The translations under genes and the position numbers were made by a program. Positions 62,650 through 64,000 of a DNA stretch of 64,000 bases are shown in pieces. The DNA comes from Heterodontus francisci (taxonomy: Eukaryota): NCBI RefSeq assembly GCF_036365525.1, contig NC_090380.1:72405757-72469756 (forward strand), read 5' to 3'. A model generated the notes under the pieces. The model made no database searches and was not told where the DNA came from. It worked only from the letters and a program-made list of their open reading frames with translations. Numbering within the stretch: position 1 is the stretch's first letter; each line of letters starts with the position of its first letter.

Positions 62650-63051
62650 AAACCGGCTTCAGCGTTACTGCAATAACACGAACGCCATCTGTGTTCTACG
62701 ACAATGAATTTGAACTCCAGTGTTTCATCAGACCCACCTATCCTTCCCGAGTGTCAGTATCTGTAACGTGGAAATTCCAGCCCGCTGGATCAAGCAACAG
62801 CTATGACATAATCACCTTTGCGCATGACACATCCATTGCATGGGGGGACAAGGCAACAAATTTTACAAATAAAACAATGATAATAAAAACATTGTCCAAT
62901 AATGTCCGTCTGGTTGTCTCTAAAGCCAGTGACTTAGAGGCTGGGAAATACCAGTGCATTGCTGAACTTTGGCACCAAAACCAGATGGACCAATGGGTGA
63001 GGAAAACCAGTAAATCTTCAAATATACTGGAGGTAAAGGTTAAACCCCCAG
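62650..63051 (+). CDS. igsf3: IGSF3 exon encoding Ig domain 5
   Basis: acAG acceptor at 62648-62649 and GTAAGT donor at 63052; 402 nt, phase 1-1. ETGFSVTAITRTP...FELQCFIRP...VSVTWKFQP...WGD...SNNVRL...ASDLEAGKYQCIAELW. The gene continues beyond the window. Confidence 0.92.
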
Positions 63052-63779
63052 GTAAGTGCATGGCTTTCTTGATCAACTAGAGTAAACAAAGCTGTCAGCC
63101 TGTATAACCACTTATTTGTCTTTTGTTCAATACATCAATACGTCTGTCTACCTATAGTCTCGTCTTGCAGTCGCCCTGCCTATTTTCAATTCTGTAGTAC
63201 AGAAGAAGCTACTTAAACTCCTAATTAATCTGTTTACCGCCTTATTAATATGCTACCGTGCTGAATACTTTGGTTTACAATAGTTGGATAAACTAATATG
63301 AAACCCAAGAATTCTTATTAAACTTTAAGCTGCAAATCTCCAAGTGATTACTGAGAAGCACAGTGCTCCAAAATTTAATTCCAAGAAATTCAGCAATATG
63401 GTCTTCTTACTTTTCACATACACATATGTTTACTGAAGTGACGCATTTTGTTTGGCAATATACATATTAAAAAGGCATAGTTTTCTTCTGCCAAATTTTC
63501 CCCCTCTTCTCTCTTGAAGGCATCAATTACTTGCTGAAGTAGTTTCACAGGTGTTGGATTACCCTATGGTACCTTGCCAAGGGAGGCCAGTAAGCATGTG
63601 CAAATCTTGACGGTGCATGTTGGCAGGTTGTTGTATGTGACACCAGGCTGATCCTTTACTTACCTGATATGAACACACATGCCCTGATATGAACACACAT
63701 GCTTCCAGCAGGGTTGGATAATGGTAGGCAGTTATTATCACCCGCCCTCCTTAATCCAGGAACATTGAGACCAGTTATA

Positions 63780-63985
63780 AAGAAAGAAAAGAAAGACTTG
63801 GATTTATAGAGCACCTTTCAGAACCTCCCAAAGTACATTACAGCCAGTGATGTACTTTTAAAGTGTGGTCATTGTTGTAATGTAGGAAACGTAGCAACCA
63901 ATTTCTGCACACCTAGCTCCCACAGACAACAATGAAAATCTGTTTCTTCCAGTGGATTGAGGGATAAATATTGGCCAGGATGGTA
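63780..63985 (-). mobile_element. Deu-domain SINE (SacSINE1-like) 3' half
   Basis: Reverse complement of 'cctggccaatatttatccctcaa...gtttcctacattacaaca..gac.acactt..aaagtac...ggctgtaa...gaaaggtgctctataaatccaagtctttc'. Confidence 0.75.
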
Positions 63986-64000
63986 GCATTGTGGTAACAT

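Noticed and set aside
63033-63038. Cryptic donor GAG|GTAAAG inside the D5 exon
   Set aside because: It would shorten the exon by 19 nt and shift the frame; the GTAAGT donor at 63052 is stronger.
53683-63051. Assignment to CD101, IGSF8 or PTGFRN, or to a novel shark antigen receptor
   Set aside because: Domain order and residues follow IGSF3 D2-D5. I saw no recombination signal sequences or J/C segments. Orthology versus a shark-specific paralogue still needs a phylogeny.
53634-63080. ORFs 53634-54272, 55656-56033, 60727-61236 and 62643-63080 as four separate genes
   Set aside because: Each is one Ig exon with intronic read-through. Canonical AG/GTAAGT sites join them in frame into one IGSF3 transcript.
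1-64000. CRISPR arrays, operons, prokaryotic defence or retron systems; remaining short ORFs as genes
   Set aside because: The sequence is vertebrate intronic DNA. All RT ORFs belong to non-LTR retrotransposons, there is no repeat-spacer array, and the other short ORFs show no recognisable domains or exon structure.

Overview
Eukaryotic, repeat-rich vertebrate genomic DNA, almost certainly from a shark or other elasmobranch, judging by the HE1/V-SINE-like and Deu-domain SINEs and the CR1/HER1-like LINEs. The only host gene I can support is IGSF3 (EWI-3, EWI immunoglobulin family) on the + strand. Four symmetric phase-1 exons encode Ig domains 2-5 (53683-54090, 55636-56025, 60740-61141, 62650-63051). 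No signal-peptide or domain-1 exon is recognisable, so positions 1-53682 are probably one very long intron. That intron holds CR1, L2, RTE and a second CR1/L2-group LINE family, several SINE families, a decayed PIF/Harbinger transposon with non-autonomous relatives, a hAT-type fold-back MITE, a probable solo LTR, and Penelope-type fragments with decayed hammerhead motifs. The most unusual features are: (1) a 249-bp, 78% AT, near-perfect spacerless palindrome at 16443-16691; (2) an RTE insertion with a ~77-bp target-site duplication that also supplies its ATG; (3) young inverted RTE copies bracketing IGSF3 exons D2+D3, whose back-spliced circle would be a 798-nt stop-free ORF with a Kozak ATG. 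I cannot demonstrate a new biological system; these are candidates for testing. Repeat family names are from recalled consensus sequences, not database searches, and most repeat boundaries are approximate.
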